In this document: positions 1 to 9,742 of the stretch, piece by piece
Layout of the letters: every line of letters starts with the position of its first letter
How positions within the stretch are numbered: position 1 is the first letter of the stretch
Virus record (IMG/VR): IMGVR_UViG_2565956720_000009
From: a virus
Lineage: Duplodnaviria; Heunggongvirae; Uroviricota; Caudoviricetes
DNA length: 37,373 nt
Reading direction: 5' to 3' (one strand)
The notes under the pieces: model-generated
Told to the model about the DNA's origin: nothing
The model's database searches: none
What the model saw: the letters and a program-made list of their open reading frames with translations, nothing else
Position numbers and translations under genes: made by a program

Positions 1-23
1 ACACCAACGGGCAGCGCCGAGCC

Positions 24-49
24 TTCTCCTAAACCAACGTTTTAGTCTT
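24..49. other. putative cix-type crossover site for Cin (Hin/Gin/Cin 26-bp site family)
   Basis: TTCTCCTAAACC-AA-CGTTTTAGTCTT lies about 55 bp upstream of the invertase start; the left half fits the recalled TTnTCnnAAACC half-site, the right half is degenerate. Position fits a site bounding an invertible segment to the left of the window. Confidence 0.4.
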
Positions 50-103
50 AATCCCTACCTATACCAACGATGTATTTTTAACTAAACAAAGAGGTTGTTT
101 TTC

Positions 104-676
104 ATGCAAATTGGCTACATTCGTGTGTCAACAAATGACCAAAACACAGATTTACAAAGAAATGCACTGAACTGCGCAGGATGTGAACTGATTTTTGAAG
201 ATAAAATAAGCGGAACAAAGTCAGCCAGACCAGGCTTGAAAAAGCTGCTCAGAACGTTATCAGAAGGAGATACGCTGGTTGTCTGGAAGCTGGATAGGCT
301 TGGCAGAAGTATGAAACACCTTATCACGCTTATAGAGGAGTTGCGGGAAAAAGGTGTTAATTTCCGTAGTCTGACAGACAGTATTGACACATCAACACCC
401 ATGGGGCGTTTCTTTTTTCATGTCATGGGTGCTTTAGCAGAAATGGAACGTGAATTAATTGTTGAGAGAACACTGGCCGGACTGGCAGCTGCACGCGAAC
501 AGGGACGCATTGGCGGACGTCGCCCGAAGTTGACAAAAGAACAACATGAGCAAATAGCGAGGTTGATCGAAAATGGCTACAGCAGGAAACAGTTGGCAAT
601 TATTTACGATATCGGTGTATCGACGATTTATCGTTATCATCCTGTAGAGAAGCGCCAAACTCAATCTGAGCTGTAA
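104..676 (+). CDS. cin: serine DNA invertase, Cin/Gin/Hin/Pin family
   Basis: Translation MQIGYIRVSTNDQNTDLQRNAL...GRRPKLT has the resolvase/invertase N-terminal catalytic Ser motif and a C-terminal HTH; near-identical to recalled P1 Cin. The first ATG is at 104 (the track ORF starts at an upstream TTG at 95); AAAGAGG RBS lies about 10 nt upstream. Confidence 0.93.
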   Translation: MQIGYIRVSTNDQNTDLQRNALNCAGCELIFEDKISGTKSARPGLKKLLRTLSEGDTLVVWKLDRLGRSMKHLITLIEELREKGVNFRSLTDSIDTSTPMGRFFFHVMGALAEMERELIVERTLAGLAAAREQGRIGGRRPKLTKEQHEQIARLIENGYSRKQLAIIYDIGVSTIYRYHPVEKRQTQSEL

Positions 677-1111
677 TTCTAATGCCGCGTCGGTGTAATT
701 TATCTTGATAGAATAGGTACATTTATCGCGCGGCACATCAATTCGATGTATCTAGCGCCTGCTGGCCGCTAATGAAAACTGTTCTCGAAATGTTGTCCCT
801 AGTCCGAGACTAGGGTATCACCTCTGGAAAGCATACGCAGAACCTTTTTTAACCCAGGGTGCCCAGCTTTTTTGCTGCTCGCCTTATTCGCAAAAATTAG
901 CTCACATCCTGCGCTTTCAAGTGCTTTTCACTGCATAGCTGTGTTTTGTTCATTTGTCTATATGCGTACATAGCCTATTAGCATATTTTCTGCCCACTAT
1001 CGTTATTTATTGCAAGCTACAGGTTTTAATTAACAAAACCAGTGTGTGTGGAAATCACAAAGTGCATACCGTTCTCAAATGTTGTTCAACTTACTGTTGT
1101 ATAGGTAAAAA

Positions 1112-1375
1112 ATGACATTTTATGTACATATCGTGATGTTATCCCTTCTTGGTGGGGTGTATTCGTATTTGAGTGGGCTATGTGAAAACCGTTACGAGTC
1201 TTCATGCAAGAAATTGCTGGCCGAATGTATTTCCGCCGTACTTGCTGGCTTTATTGGCATGTATCTCGCGGAATATAAGGACATGAATGAAAGCCTTCAG
1301 AGCTGCATGGTTCTTATTTTCAGCGCCAATAGCAGGCTTATTATTGAAGGTTCCAAAAGTCGGTTGAATAGGTAA
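1112..1375 (+). CDS. small hydrophobic protein, holin-like (possible lydC-type)
   Basis: 87-aa ORF with two hydrophobic stretches (VHIVMLSLLGGVYSYLSGL, LLAECISAVLAGFIGMYLA), co-oriented directly upstream of the holin/antiholin pair; AGGT RBS. Confidence 0.35.
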   Translation: MTFYVHIVMLSLLGGVYSYLSGLCENRYESSCKKLLAECISAVLAGFIGMYLAEYKDMNESLQSCMVLIFSANSRLIIEGSKSRLNR

Positions 1376-1449
1376 GTCTCTTATGCAACATAACCGGTTG
1401 AGAAGTTACTTTGCATACCATTACCTCCTGACAACGTAGGAGGGAACTT

Positions 1450-1779
1450 GTGCTTGACACACAGGAATTAGCTCCAGTTGCAATTGCGCTCCTGCTTTCA
1501 GTAATTGGTGGGATAGGCACGTTCCTGATGGATGTCCGAGACGGTCGCCAGTCTGGCAATTTGTTGGGATTGGTTACGGAGATCTTTGTTGCAGTGACAG
1601 CTGGCGCGGTGGCGTACCTATTGGGGCAACACGAGGGCTGGGAGTTATCAATTACGTACTTAATGGTAACGATAGCCAGCAATAACGGTCATGAGGTGAT
1701 TTCAGGGATGAAACGAGTGAATATCGATAGCATTCTGAATGTTCTTACAAGTTTGGTGAAAAAGGGAGGCGGGAAATGA
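1450..1779 (+). CDS. lydA: holin (P1 LydA-like)
   Basis: 109-aa membrane protein with three hydrophobic segments; GTG start preceded by AGGAGG; ATGA overlap with the next gene; position upstream of the darA operon as recalled for P1. Confidence 0.6.
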   Translation: MLDTQELAPVAIALLLSVIGGIGTFLMDVRDGRQSGNLLGLVTEIFVAVTAGAVAYLLGQHEGWELSITYLMVTIASNNGHEVISGMKRVNIDSILNVLTSLVKKGGGK

Positions 1780-2219
1780 TTGGCTGGGGTGTATGCGTTC
1801 TTGCGTTAGCCTTAGCCGATCGCTATTTGCTAAAACGCAAGGACATCACGCATTTAGAACTTGGTGATGTGGAAATTAAACCGGGTTTCATCCGGGTGCC
1901 GTTCAAATACCGGTCTAAATTCCCGTTTTTGCGCGGCGCAACGGTCAGATATTGGATCCGCGATGTTCAGAAGCCGACGACAGTGATTGAAGGCGAACAA
2001 CGTTGTTTGACGTCGGCTGAACAGGGCGAAAACAGTGAATGGTTGTACATACCCACTGAATATATGGGTAAAGGAGAGCGACTGTGGCATTTCAACGTCA
2101 TGGTTACGCATGGCGACTCGTTCATTAACCCGTTGTATCGGATTTTCCCTGTTACTCAGCAAATCCGCAGAAGTTACGTAATAAATCTCGCACAGGATGT
2201 GTCAGATGACGAAAAATAA
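1776..2219 (+). CDS. lydB: antiholin (P1 LydB-like)
   Basis: 147-aa ORF translationally coupled to lydA (ATGA overlap) and leading into hdf/darA; assignment is by synteny with recalled P1 gene order. Confidence 0.55.
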   Translation: MIGWGVCVLALALADRYLLKRKDITHLELGDVEIKPGFIRVPFKYRSKFPFLRGATVRYWIRDVQKPTTVIEGEQRCLTSAEQGENSEWLYIPTEYMGKGERLWHFNVMVTHGDSFINPLYRIFPVTQQIRRSYVINLAQDVSDDEK

Positions 2220-2808
2220 GTATGCAACGGTCGATTTTGACCAGGTTAATGAAAAGGGGCTGAAATCCCTTATCGCGGCGATCAATAAAACCGGTGTTAC
2301 GGTAATTGAGGTTGACTCCAGCAACCGCGCAACAACGAAAGATGGCGTTAAAGTTAAAACCGCAAAGCTGGTTCTTAACGACGGACAAATTCTTGCCATA
2401 CAGGTAAACGATACTGGCGATATATCGTCTGTGAGGCTGAATGGAAAAGCTATTCCTAACGCTCAGTCGCCGGATATCAAGACGCTTGGTACCGTCATGG
2501 GGCAAGCGGCCCGCAAAAACTCCGCAAAATTCCAGAAATCACTGATCGCCAAAGCGAAACGTGTTGCCAATCCGGTAGACAAGAAACCGGCAGTAAAATC
2601 CAACTTTCAGCGCCTGCAAGAGGCAAAACAGCGGAATGCTCAGGTGGTTGCCGCTTATAAATCAGCGCAGAACTCGGTGTCTTTCAATCAACAGCAGATC
2701 ACTGATTTGCGGGCGAAGCTGGATAAGGAGACAGGCCGACTCAATAACGAAAAGGCCCGAAATGGCGAACTCAAACGCCGTCTTAAGCAACTGAAAGCAG
2801 GAAATTAA
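2206..2808 (+). CDS. hdf: Hdf-like protein (homolog of DarA fragment), dar operon
   Basis: 200 aa from the ATG at 2206 (AGGA RBS); coiled-coil-rich C-terminus; immediately upstream of the 639-aa darA-like ORF. Confidence 0.55.
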   Translation: MTKNKYATVDFDQVNEKGLKSLIAAINKTGVTVIEVDSSNRATTKDGVKVKTAKLVLNDGQILAIQVNDTGDISSVRLNGKAIPNAQSPDIKTLGTVMGQAARKNSAKFQKSLIAKAKRVANPVDKKPAVKSNFQRLQEAKQRNAQVVAAYKSAQNSVSFNQQQITDLRAKLDKETGRLNNEKARNGELKRRLKQLKAGN

Positions 2809-2809
2809 C

Positions 2810-4729
2810 ATGGAACAGTTCAATATCAATAAAGGGGTGACGATCAAGCCTGGGCTTGACGTGCTTCCCCCGCCAGTGACTGATGATGAATATCGCGCAT
2901 TAATGGCCGGTGAGGACCGCTATCTGATGACGGAATCCAACACCCTGGAGGAAATCGAGGCTACGTTCTTCTATGACACGCCGATCCACTGGTGTGCTAC
3001 GGATTTACTGGAGGCGATTAGTTCTACTCGTTTGCAGTTACACCGGACCATGCAGGCATTTGTCCGGGCATTGAACCAGAAGCTGAATGGTACCGGAATC
3101 TCTGCGGGGAGTGATAAAACGGGGGAGGTGGCCCAGAGCGGCGCGCGCGCGATCGGCGGTGCTGAAATTGGCCGGGCACGTAACGTTAACGGGCTGCCGG
3201 TCCTGCCAGCCATTATTCCGCTCAGTGATGGTCAGACTATCAGCATTCTGTTTCATAGCCCGACAGCGGAAAACCGGATCACCAATAGCGATACGCTGGT
3301 TGCTTTCCAGTTCTTACTGAATAAAAAAGACGTTACTCACACCGTTGCTCCGATGAGTGGACGTGATATGACGCTGGCGCAGGTCACCATGAAACTTGCC
3401 AACCTTGCAGAGAAAAACTCGGCAAAATTCCAGCGTGCGCAGAAGAAGAAAAAAGCCCTGGTTGATGAAATAACCCAACTACAGGCTGACAGTGACCAGA
3501 AAGAGGATGCCATGAGCGACCTCGCGGATCAGGTGGCAGCGGTAGAAGGGCAGAAGGTAGATCTGGAGCAGAAAATTAACGCTGTTGCATCGGAAGCGGA
3601 TTCTCTTTATGAAGAGAATGAGCGTTTGCAGACGGAGATTGATCAGCTCAATCGCACAGGTGGGCGCGATACCATTGATCCAGCGGGGATGACTGGTGGG
3701 CACTCGCGCGCGCTGACGGATCGCCTTGCCAGTATCAAAAATCGTATGCATATGAACGGGGAAGTGACGCTCAGTAATGGAGCATCAATGAAGCAATTCA
3801 TTGGGGGCGGCGAAGGGTATATCCAGTTAACCGATCCGGATGGCAGCGTATACATGATCAAGGCTAAATCCATACAGGGTGTGGACATGGCAGATGCGAT
3901 CGGCAAGCTGTTTAAAGCCTATAAAGCGGGTAATGTATCGGAATACCTGGTCCAACCAGAAGAACATAAACCGGAAAACGTCGAACCTGAACCAGCGGAG
4001 GATACCGGTAGCTCTTCGCCTGAACCAGAAGTCTCTGTAGGTGCATATCGATATGCCCTGCAAATGCGTCCGGCGGCCCCTGGCGCAATACCTGAAGGTA
4101 ACAAAGCAATTCTGCCGCGCCCTGATGAAGGTGACCCGTATTATGAATATGCACGCTACGGCATTGCTACTTACGATACCCCGCTTTCTGATCAGCAAAT
4201 GAGTGAGTACGACCTGAAGTTATTGCCTCGCGAGGATTCTTTCGACTTCCTGGCGAAGACACTTACTAATGGTCCGTTTGGCAAATATGCACAAAAAGCT
4301 CTGGAGCTGGCCACCAGCTCACCAGACGAGTTCCGCGTAATGCTGAAAACTCAGTTTCAAAAAACTTTCCCCAATATTGCGTTTCCTGGGGGCGCTGGCA
4401 CCGAGAAAATGGTGCAGAGCATGATCAATGCATTGCAGGCCGAAGTCGGTGAGATTACTCAGCCAGAACCGGCCCCGGCACAGCCTGATGAAACGGTTAG
4501 CGAAGCAGATGCAGAGGCTAATAAAGCCATTGAATATCTCAATAACGTGATGGATATACAAAGCACTGACATGGCGGAGATCCGTAACGCCCGGGGCAAT
4601 GTCCGGGAAGCGATTGCAGCCCTTCAGGCTGCCGGACGTTTTGAGGAAAACGAAGAGCTGGTTAACGGCGCAGCTCGCCACCTGGCTGATCTGTTGGTAG
4701 CAATCCAGAAAGCGGGGGTAGCGGCATGA
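2810..4729 (+). CDS. darA: DarA-like internal head protein (defence against restriction)
   Basis: 639-aa ORF, the length recalled for P1 DarA; starts 2 nt after the hdf stop and has an ATGA overlap with the next gene; sits in the hdf-darA-ddrA-ddrB synteny block. Confidence 0.7.
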   Translation: MEQFNINKGVTIKPGLDVLPPPVTDDEYRALMAGEDRYLMTESNTLEEIEATFFYDTPIHWCATDLLEAISSTRLQLHRTMQAFVRALNQKLNGTGISAGSDKTGEVAQSGARAIGGAEIGRARNVNGLPVLPAIIPLSDGQTISILFHSPTAENRITNSDTLVAFQFLLNKKDVTHTVAPMSGRDMTLAQVTMKLANLAEKNSAKFQRAQKKKKALVDEITQLQADSDQKEDAMSDLADQVAAVEGQKVDLEQKINAVASEADSLYEENERLQTEIDQLNRTGGRDTIDPAGMTGGHSRALTDRLASIKNRMHMNGEVTLSNGASMKQFIGGGEGYIQLTDPDGSVYMIKAKSIQGVDMADAIGKLFKAYKAGNVSEYLVQPEEHKPENVEPEPAEDTGSSSPEPEVSVGAYRYALQMRPAAPGAIPEGNKAILPRPDEGDPYYEYARYGIATYDTPLSDQQMSEYDLKLLPREDSFDFLAKTLTNGPFGKYAQKALELATSSPDEFRVMLKTQFQKTFPNIAFPGGAGTEKMVQSMINALQAEVGEITQPEPAPAQPDETVSEADAEANKAIEYLNNVMDIQSTDMAEIRNARGNVREAIAALQAAGRFEENEELVNGAARHLADLLVAIQKAGVAA

Positions 4730-5091
4730 CACTATCAGCTATTGAGTTAATGGATCTCAGCGATAAGTTGGATGCTCTGATGTCCAAAGCGGCTACCGCG
4801 AGTGGCATGGAGTTGCTGGATATCAGCGATGAAATTGACCAGATCATGCAACAGATGGGGTACGGTGTGTCCGGCGGCAGTAGTGGCGAGGAAAAACAAC
4901 CTTCGGTACATGATGGTGTGCCAAAACTGGTTGCTGATTTCCTGGCTGATAAATTCGTCGATCAGAGCACCGATGCATTTATCGGTACGTTGCAGGACTT
5001 GAGTCAATATGTTGGCACATACATCGATCTGGACCAGGTTAAACAGCACACGGCGGCATGGATAGCCGCCAACATTAAAGAGGCAGAGTAA
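4726..5091 (+). CDS. ddrA: DdrA-like protein (dar operon)
   Basis: 121-aa ORF coupled to darA by an ATGA overlap; synteny with the P1 dar operon. Confidence 0.55.
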   Translation: MTLSAIELMDLSDKLDALMSKAATASGMELLDISDEIDQIMQQMGYGVSGGSSGEEKQPSVHDGVPKLVADFLADKFVDQSTDAFIGTLQDLSQYVGTYIDLDQVKQHTAAWIAANIKEAE

Positions 5092-5103
5092 GGCGTAACA
5101 GGG

Positions 5104-8091
5104 ATGAGCTTAAGCGATCAGGTGGTAATGGCCACCAGCATAGAAACGCTGATCGAGCTGCTAAAAAACCTGCCCAATTACGGGCGGGTTTCGTATGTGG
5201 TGACAGCGAAGGGAGACGAGGTAAAAACAGCGTTTGATATCGTCGATGCCTCAGCTCTTTTGGTATCCAATACTCTGGACGGGAAAATTAACCCTGACTA
5301 TCCCCAGGAACTTCAGCCGCGCGACCGGACCCGCGCATCCAGTCTTCTTCAGGTCAACCAGATATCCAAGGATTTGCGTCCTGCCCAGCTTACCGATTCC
5401 GGTTTATCCAGCCATGGCGCGCCGATAATTGGTGAGGACAATGCCGTTGAGTCAGGTAATGGACGGACCATGGGGATCATCAAAGCCTATCAGGACGGCA
5501 ATGCGGATCGGTATCGTGAGTACCTGATTGATCATGCGACCGAATTCGGCATACGACCTGAAAAGGTTGAATCAATGGCGGCTCCGGTACTGGTGCGCCG
5601 CCGGTTAACTAAGGTTGACCGCGTTCAGTTTGCCAAGGACTCAAATATTTCTGATCTTCAGGAAATGGCAGCCAGTGAAAAGGCTTTTGTTGATGCTGAC
5701 AGCATAACTCCGGCGATGATGGCGCTGTTTAACCCATCAGAAAGCGGAGATCTGCTTAGCCGCAGTAATGACGCGTTTATTCGCGGATTCATGACGCAAG
5801 TTGGTGCCACACAGGCTGCTGGCCTTGTAACGGAAGATGGGCGACCAACACGGCAACTTGTAGACCGTATACAAAACGCGATCTTTGCCAAGGCATATAA
5901 GGATGCGCGCCTGGTAAGGATGGTTGCAGAAGAACCTGATCCGGATATGCGTAATGTTCTGACGGCGCTTAATGCGGCAGCCAATGATTTTGTCCAGATG
6001 CAGGCTTTATCAGGAGAAGCGCACAAGCAGGCTGTGACAACTATTGTTGATGGCATTGAGACAGCGGATAGCCTCGATAAAAAGGCGCTGGCGGCATTGA
6101 AAGATGCGGTAGACCTGGTAAGGCAATCGAAGGAGTCAGGCCAGCATATTACCGATGTTATTGCTCAGGGGGATATGTTCAGCGAAACGGCCCCGGAAGT
6201 GAAAGCACTCGCGTTGTTCATCGTCGCGAATAACCGTAGCGCGAAGCGTATGGCCACCGCCTTTAAGTTGATGGCTCAACGTATCAATGATGAGTTACAG
6301 CACCAGGGCCAGGCGCTGGGGGATATGTTTGGCGGCGGCGATGTGTCGTTACAGGATATCCTTCGCCAGGTGTCTCAGGAACTGGAAAACGAAGGCATGC
6401 AAGGGATATCCGGCGGTCTTTTCGAGTCCGTTTCCGGCGGTAGTTACAACGGTGTTGCTCCGTATACCAGTTTGCTATTACATCGGGCATCCGGCATCAA
6501 AGACATTATTCATCTGATCAGGCTGCTTTCCCGCACAGATCCCCAGGATGAACAGCTTGTACAAGTGCTTGCGCATTTTGTTCGAATGCCTGTTGCCGAC
6601 GTGAAAAAATGGTGCCGATTATTCGGTATCAGCAATTCGTTACTTCGCGGCTTGTTAAATCACGCATCCTCCCTTGGGCGCGATGGCTTTGACGAGATAG
6701 CGCAGGCGATAAAAAACGGAGATATGCCACCAGCTATTGACTGGTTTTCCATTCGCCCAACCAGGGTGAAAGCATTCCTTAGCGCGGCGCATTCGGCATC
6801 ACCATTGGCAGAAATGGTTCAGAGGTTGTCGCTCATATTCACAGACCATACCGCGTTGGGTGATCTGACTCTGGACGAGATGAAAGAAGCCTCCATTCAG
6901 TGGGCCGATCAACAAAATGAGGTTAACTCTGACTTCTTGCCAGCATTCAGGAAGGCCGTTAGTAAAGCTGATGATGCCCGTGGAATTCTGAAGGCATTTA
7001 AGGCATTGCAAAGTCAGGTTAATAAACATGTCGGTGATATCGATGGGGTAACGGCGGAAGGCAGGGATATCCTTAAAGAGCACGGCATAACGCCAGAGTT
7101 TATTGATGAGATCAGGACGGATATGCAGCGTGAGGTCGTATCGTCCCTGCAAATCGTAGCCAGAGCGTTGGCGGATGCTAATCCGAAGAGTGCGGCCATT
7201 GTTAACCGTGTTATTGGTGATATTGAAGCATCGGAGGGCATGGGGGCGCTGAAACTCTTCCTTTCGCGAGCGTTTAATCCTAACGGCAATATTCTCCCCG
7301 ACATTATTGGTGAGGCTAAAAAGTATGTCAGCGAAGAAGAACTTGAGCATCTTGACCAACTACTTAAGCGATTCTCATATAACCCGCAGACACGCTGGCA
7401 AATGAATCAGCGAAGTATGGGTTCGGTCCACGAGAAAGTGTTATCTGCCATGAATAGTGCGATAGCCAACTCATCCGTATCTGAAGAAAAAGCTCTTGAG
7501 TGGGCCGACTCTTTTATCACGGAAGAAGTGGAAGAAGCCCGCGCTGGACAGAGTGGTGGGATAGACCTGCGCAAGGAACTTGCTGATATTTATCGCCTGA
7601 CCGGCGGGAAAATATCGACCTTATCAAAGGTGGTTCACCACCAGGGAAGGGCATATGCAAATCTTAATGGTGTTGTTGCTGTCAATTTGAACGATGAAAA
7701 TGCAAGTGCACTGTGGCACGAGCTGGGTCATCATCTTGAGTACAGTAACCCTGGTTTGTTAGAGAAAGCCCGGTCATTCCTGAAGGCCAATGTTGAAGGG
7801 GATAAGCCATCTTTCGTTAATATCGGTGGGCGTGGCAAGCCTGAATGGTGCTTCAGATCTCGATTGAGTAATATTTATATGGCGAAGGTATACCCGCCAG
7901 CCTCAGTAAGTAACACCGGGAAAATTCGGCAGAAATCACCGACTATTTCCAAAACGTCAGCAACGGAAGTATTCTCTATGGCTCTTCAGTTGTATCATGA
8001 CAAAGAGGCCGCTGCCGCATCACTGATGAATGGTGACGGATTGCTGGAACTGTTATTAGGTGTGGCAAAGGAGCTAAATAATGCAGATTAA
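5104..8091 (+). CDS. ddrB: DdrB-like large internal head protein (dar operon)
   Basis: 995-aa ORF following ddrA; size and position match recalled P1 DdrB. Confidence 0.6.
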   Translation: MSLSDQVVMATSIETLIELLKNLPNYGRVSYVVTAKGDEVKTAFDIVDASALLVSNTLDGKINPDYPQELQPRDRTRASSLLQVNQISKDLRPAQLTDSGLSSHGAPIIGEDNAVESGNGRTMGIIKAYQDGNADRYREYLIDHATEFGIRPEKVESMAAPVLVRRRLTKVDRVQFAKDSNISDLQEMAASEKAFVDADSITPAMMALFNPSESGDLLSRSNDAFIRGFMTQVGATQAAGLVTEDGRPTRQLVDRIQNAIFAKAYKDARLVRMVAEEPDPDMRNVLTALNAAANDFVQMQALSGEAHKQAVTTIVDGIETADSLDKKALAALKDAVDLVRQSKESGQHITDVIAQGDMFSETAPEVKALALFIVANNRSAKRMATAFKLMAQRINDELQHQGQALGDMFGGGDVSLQDILRQVSQELENEGMQGISGGLFESVSGGSYNGVAPYTSLLLHRASGIKDIIHLIRLLSRTDPQDEQLVQVLAHFVRMPVADVKKWCRLFGISNSLLRGLLNHASSLGRDGFDEIAQAIKNGDMPPAIDWFSIRPTRVKAFLSAAHSASPLAEMVQRLSLIFTDHTALGDLTLDEMKEASIQWADQQNEVNSDFLPAFRKAVSKADDARGILKAFKALQSQVNKHVGDIDGVTAEGRDILKEHGITPEFIDEIRTDMQREVVSSLQIVARALADANPKSAAIVNRVIGDIEASEGMGALKLFLSRAFNPNGNILPDIIGEAKKYVSEEELEHLDQLLKRFSYNPQTRWQMNQRSMGSVHEKVLSAMNSAIANSSVSEEKALEWADSFITEEVEEARAGQSGGIDLRKELADIYRLTGGKISTLSKVVHHQGRAYANLNGVVAVNLNDENASALWHELGHHLEYSNPGLLEKARSFLKANVEGDKPSFVNIGGRGKPEWCFRSRLSNIYMAKVYPPASVSNTGKIRQKSPTISKTSATEVFSMALQLYHDKEAAAASLMNGDGLLELLLGVAKELNNAD

Positions 8092-8389
8092 AATCGCAGC
8101 GCCATTAGGCGGAGATGCCATTATCGAATTTGATGATAATGAAGAAGTTTCCGGGCGTTTAAGCATTATCTCCGGTGACATTACCGAGGACATGATCGCT
8201 GAAGCCATAGCTGGGGCAAATCCCAATAGCTATATGGGATTCGTTAACACCCTTGATGCTCCCGCAAGTGATGTTCTCCGAACGCTGCATCTTTACGCTG
8301 GCTGGTTTGTTGATTGGCCAGCAGTAGATGGTGGCGATGAGGACGACGACGATGATTTTGGTGATCATGCAGACCAGATCGTATATTGA
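8081..8389 (+). CDS. small acidic protein, last gene of the dar operon
   Basis: 102-aa ORF overlapping the ddrB end by 11 nt; poly-Asp C-terminal tail (DGGDEDDDDDFGD); followed by a strong terminator. Confidence 0.45.
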   Translation: MQIKIAAPLGGDAIIEFDDNEEVSGRLSIISGDITEDMIAEAIAGANPNSYMGFVNTLDAPASDVLRTLHLYAGWFVDWPAVDGGDEDDDDDFGDHADQIVY

Positions 8390-8391
8390 AG

Positions 8392-8424
8392 AAATCCCGC
8401 CAATCGGCGGGATTTGTTGTTTAT
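8392..8424. terminator. bidirectional rho-independent terminator between convergent genes
   Basis: Perfect 10-bp stem AAATCCCGCC/GGCGGGATTT with a 4-nt loop followed by GTTGTTTAT; lies between the stop of the dar operon and the stop of the HipA-like gene. Confidence 0.7.
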
Positions 8425-9725
8425 GCCAGGCGGGCTATGCGTATCTTACAATCATCTAGGTGGATGCGTAGCGCTTCTAAACATGGAGTAAAGTTAGCTG
8501 AGAATTTGTCGGACTCACAGGCCAATGCATAAAATTTTTCAGCCAATTCAAGAGATTCATCCCATATTTTTCGACTTACAAAGTCTGGTAGTGCTGTTTT
8601 TCTAAGCTCATTAGATATTGCTCCCCCAGAGCGTGGAGCAAAACCCATAGGTAACATGTCATAGGCTGGAGCAATATGATATGGGCGTCCGTGGCTACTA
8701 ATAAACGATAGGTTACCATTATGCATATCGGTATTGCCTATTAGCAAACCAAAAGACCATAGCCTTGTTGCTATAATAATCGCATCAGGATGGACGCACT
8801 TATTTTTTACCAACTCTTTAACCAGCAAGGGCCATGTTGCTCTTGCATTCCCAACAAATTCTGCATCAAGTGCACGAAGTGAGAATACACCTACCCGACC
8901 TAGTTGACCAACACGATCAAATCGGGGAATTTCCAAGAATCTCTGACCGTTATAATCAAAAACTTCTGTTTCTACCCCCAGAACTTTTAATGCGAGATGT
9001 TCAGCAAACAAGAGATCTCTCCAACGCTCACTTATAGGGGTGTCGTTAGGCGCAGAGAATTTCACTAATACATGTCCACGCTCTGTGAAAGTACAAAATT
9101 TGGGTTGTTCACCTCCAGCAGATGAACCGGGCACATCACCTTCACCAGCAGCTAAAGCTAATACAGGATATTCACTTTCACGATTAACAGGAACAGGAGG
9201 CTGCATCTCTAAAAAATGCGTGCGTGCTTGCTCTCCAATTAACAAATTACCAACAACATCATGCCCATGCTTAAGTAAGGCTTTGATCACGTCAGTATCT
9301 GACCATTGCTCTGGATTTGAGGGAAGGTTAAGTTCAAGAGCATATGCTGATGCATATGCTCTTCCAAGGAAGCCTTGTGGACGCATATCAAATAACCACC
9401 AAGGTAACCCATCGCTATGCCTGTTATTTTTCCCTTCCTCAACCATAACATAGCCTTCTGGCCTCACCGGAATGAGAGTACCAAGAACGCAAATACACCC
9501 CTCTTCAGTTATACGATAAATGGGGACTGATTCGAATCCTCTAAAAGAGTCTCGTAAAGCATATTGAATAGATCTTCCATTTCCGATCCTAACGATTTCA
9601 TCACCAAGATCTCTTAATGCTCTAGATATCGTTGGTTGGCTAACACTTAGTCTTTCAACCAATTGTCTTGGTGTCATAGGACCTTGATTGAGCAAATTAC
9701 GGATTGTTGTTGCATGTATAGCCAT
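8421..9725 (-). CDS. HipA-family Ser/Thr kinase toxin with N-terminal HTH domain (YjjJ/HipH-like)
   Basis: 435 aa from the ATG at 9725 (MAIHATTIRNLL...). N-terminal HTH (MTPRQLVERLSVSQPTISRALRDL); P-loop-like SAGGEQPKF; catalytic-loop-like LIGNTDMHNGNLSF; APAYDMLP motif. AT-rich relative to flanking phage genes. Confidence 0.85.
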   Translation of the reverse strand: MAIHATTIRNLLNQGPMTPRQLVERLSVSQPTISRALRDLGDEIVRIGNGRSIQYALRDSFRGFESVPIYRITEEGCICVLGTLIPVRPEGYVMVEEGKNNRHSDGLPWWLFDMRPQGFLGRAYASAYALELNLPSNPEQWSDTDVIKALLKHGHDVVGNLLIGEQARTHFLEMQPPVPVNRESEYPVLALAAGEGDVPGSSAGGEQPKFCTFTERGHVLVKFSAPNDTPISERWRDLLFAEHLALKVLGVETEVFDYNGQRFLEIPRFDRVGQLGRVGVFSLRALDAEFVGNARATWPLLVKELVKNKCVHPDAIIIATRLWSFGLLIGNTDMHNGNLSFISSHGRPYHIAPAYDMLPMGFAPRSGGAISNELRKTALPDFVSRKIWDESLELAEKFYALACESDKFSANFTPCLEALRIHLDDCKIRIARLA

Positions 9726-9742
9726 AGTTTTAATTACTATTG

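Noticed and set aside
9040-9453. 137-aa plus-strand ORF inside the HipA-like gene, and other antisense ORFs inside darB, pro, prt and ddrB (for example 19628-20161, 3827-4198, 6799-7359)
   Set aside because: They are fully embedded antisense to long, well-supported coding sequences with coherent motifs, and are typical shadow ORFs.
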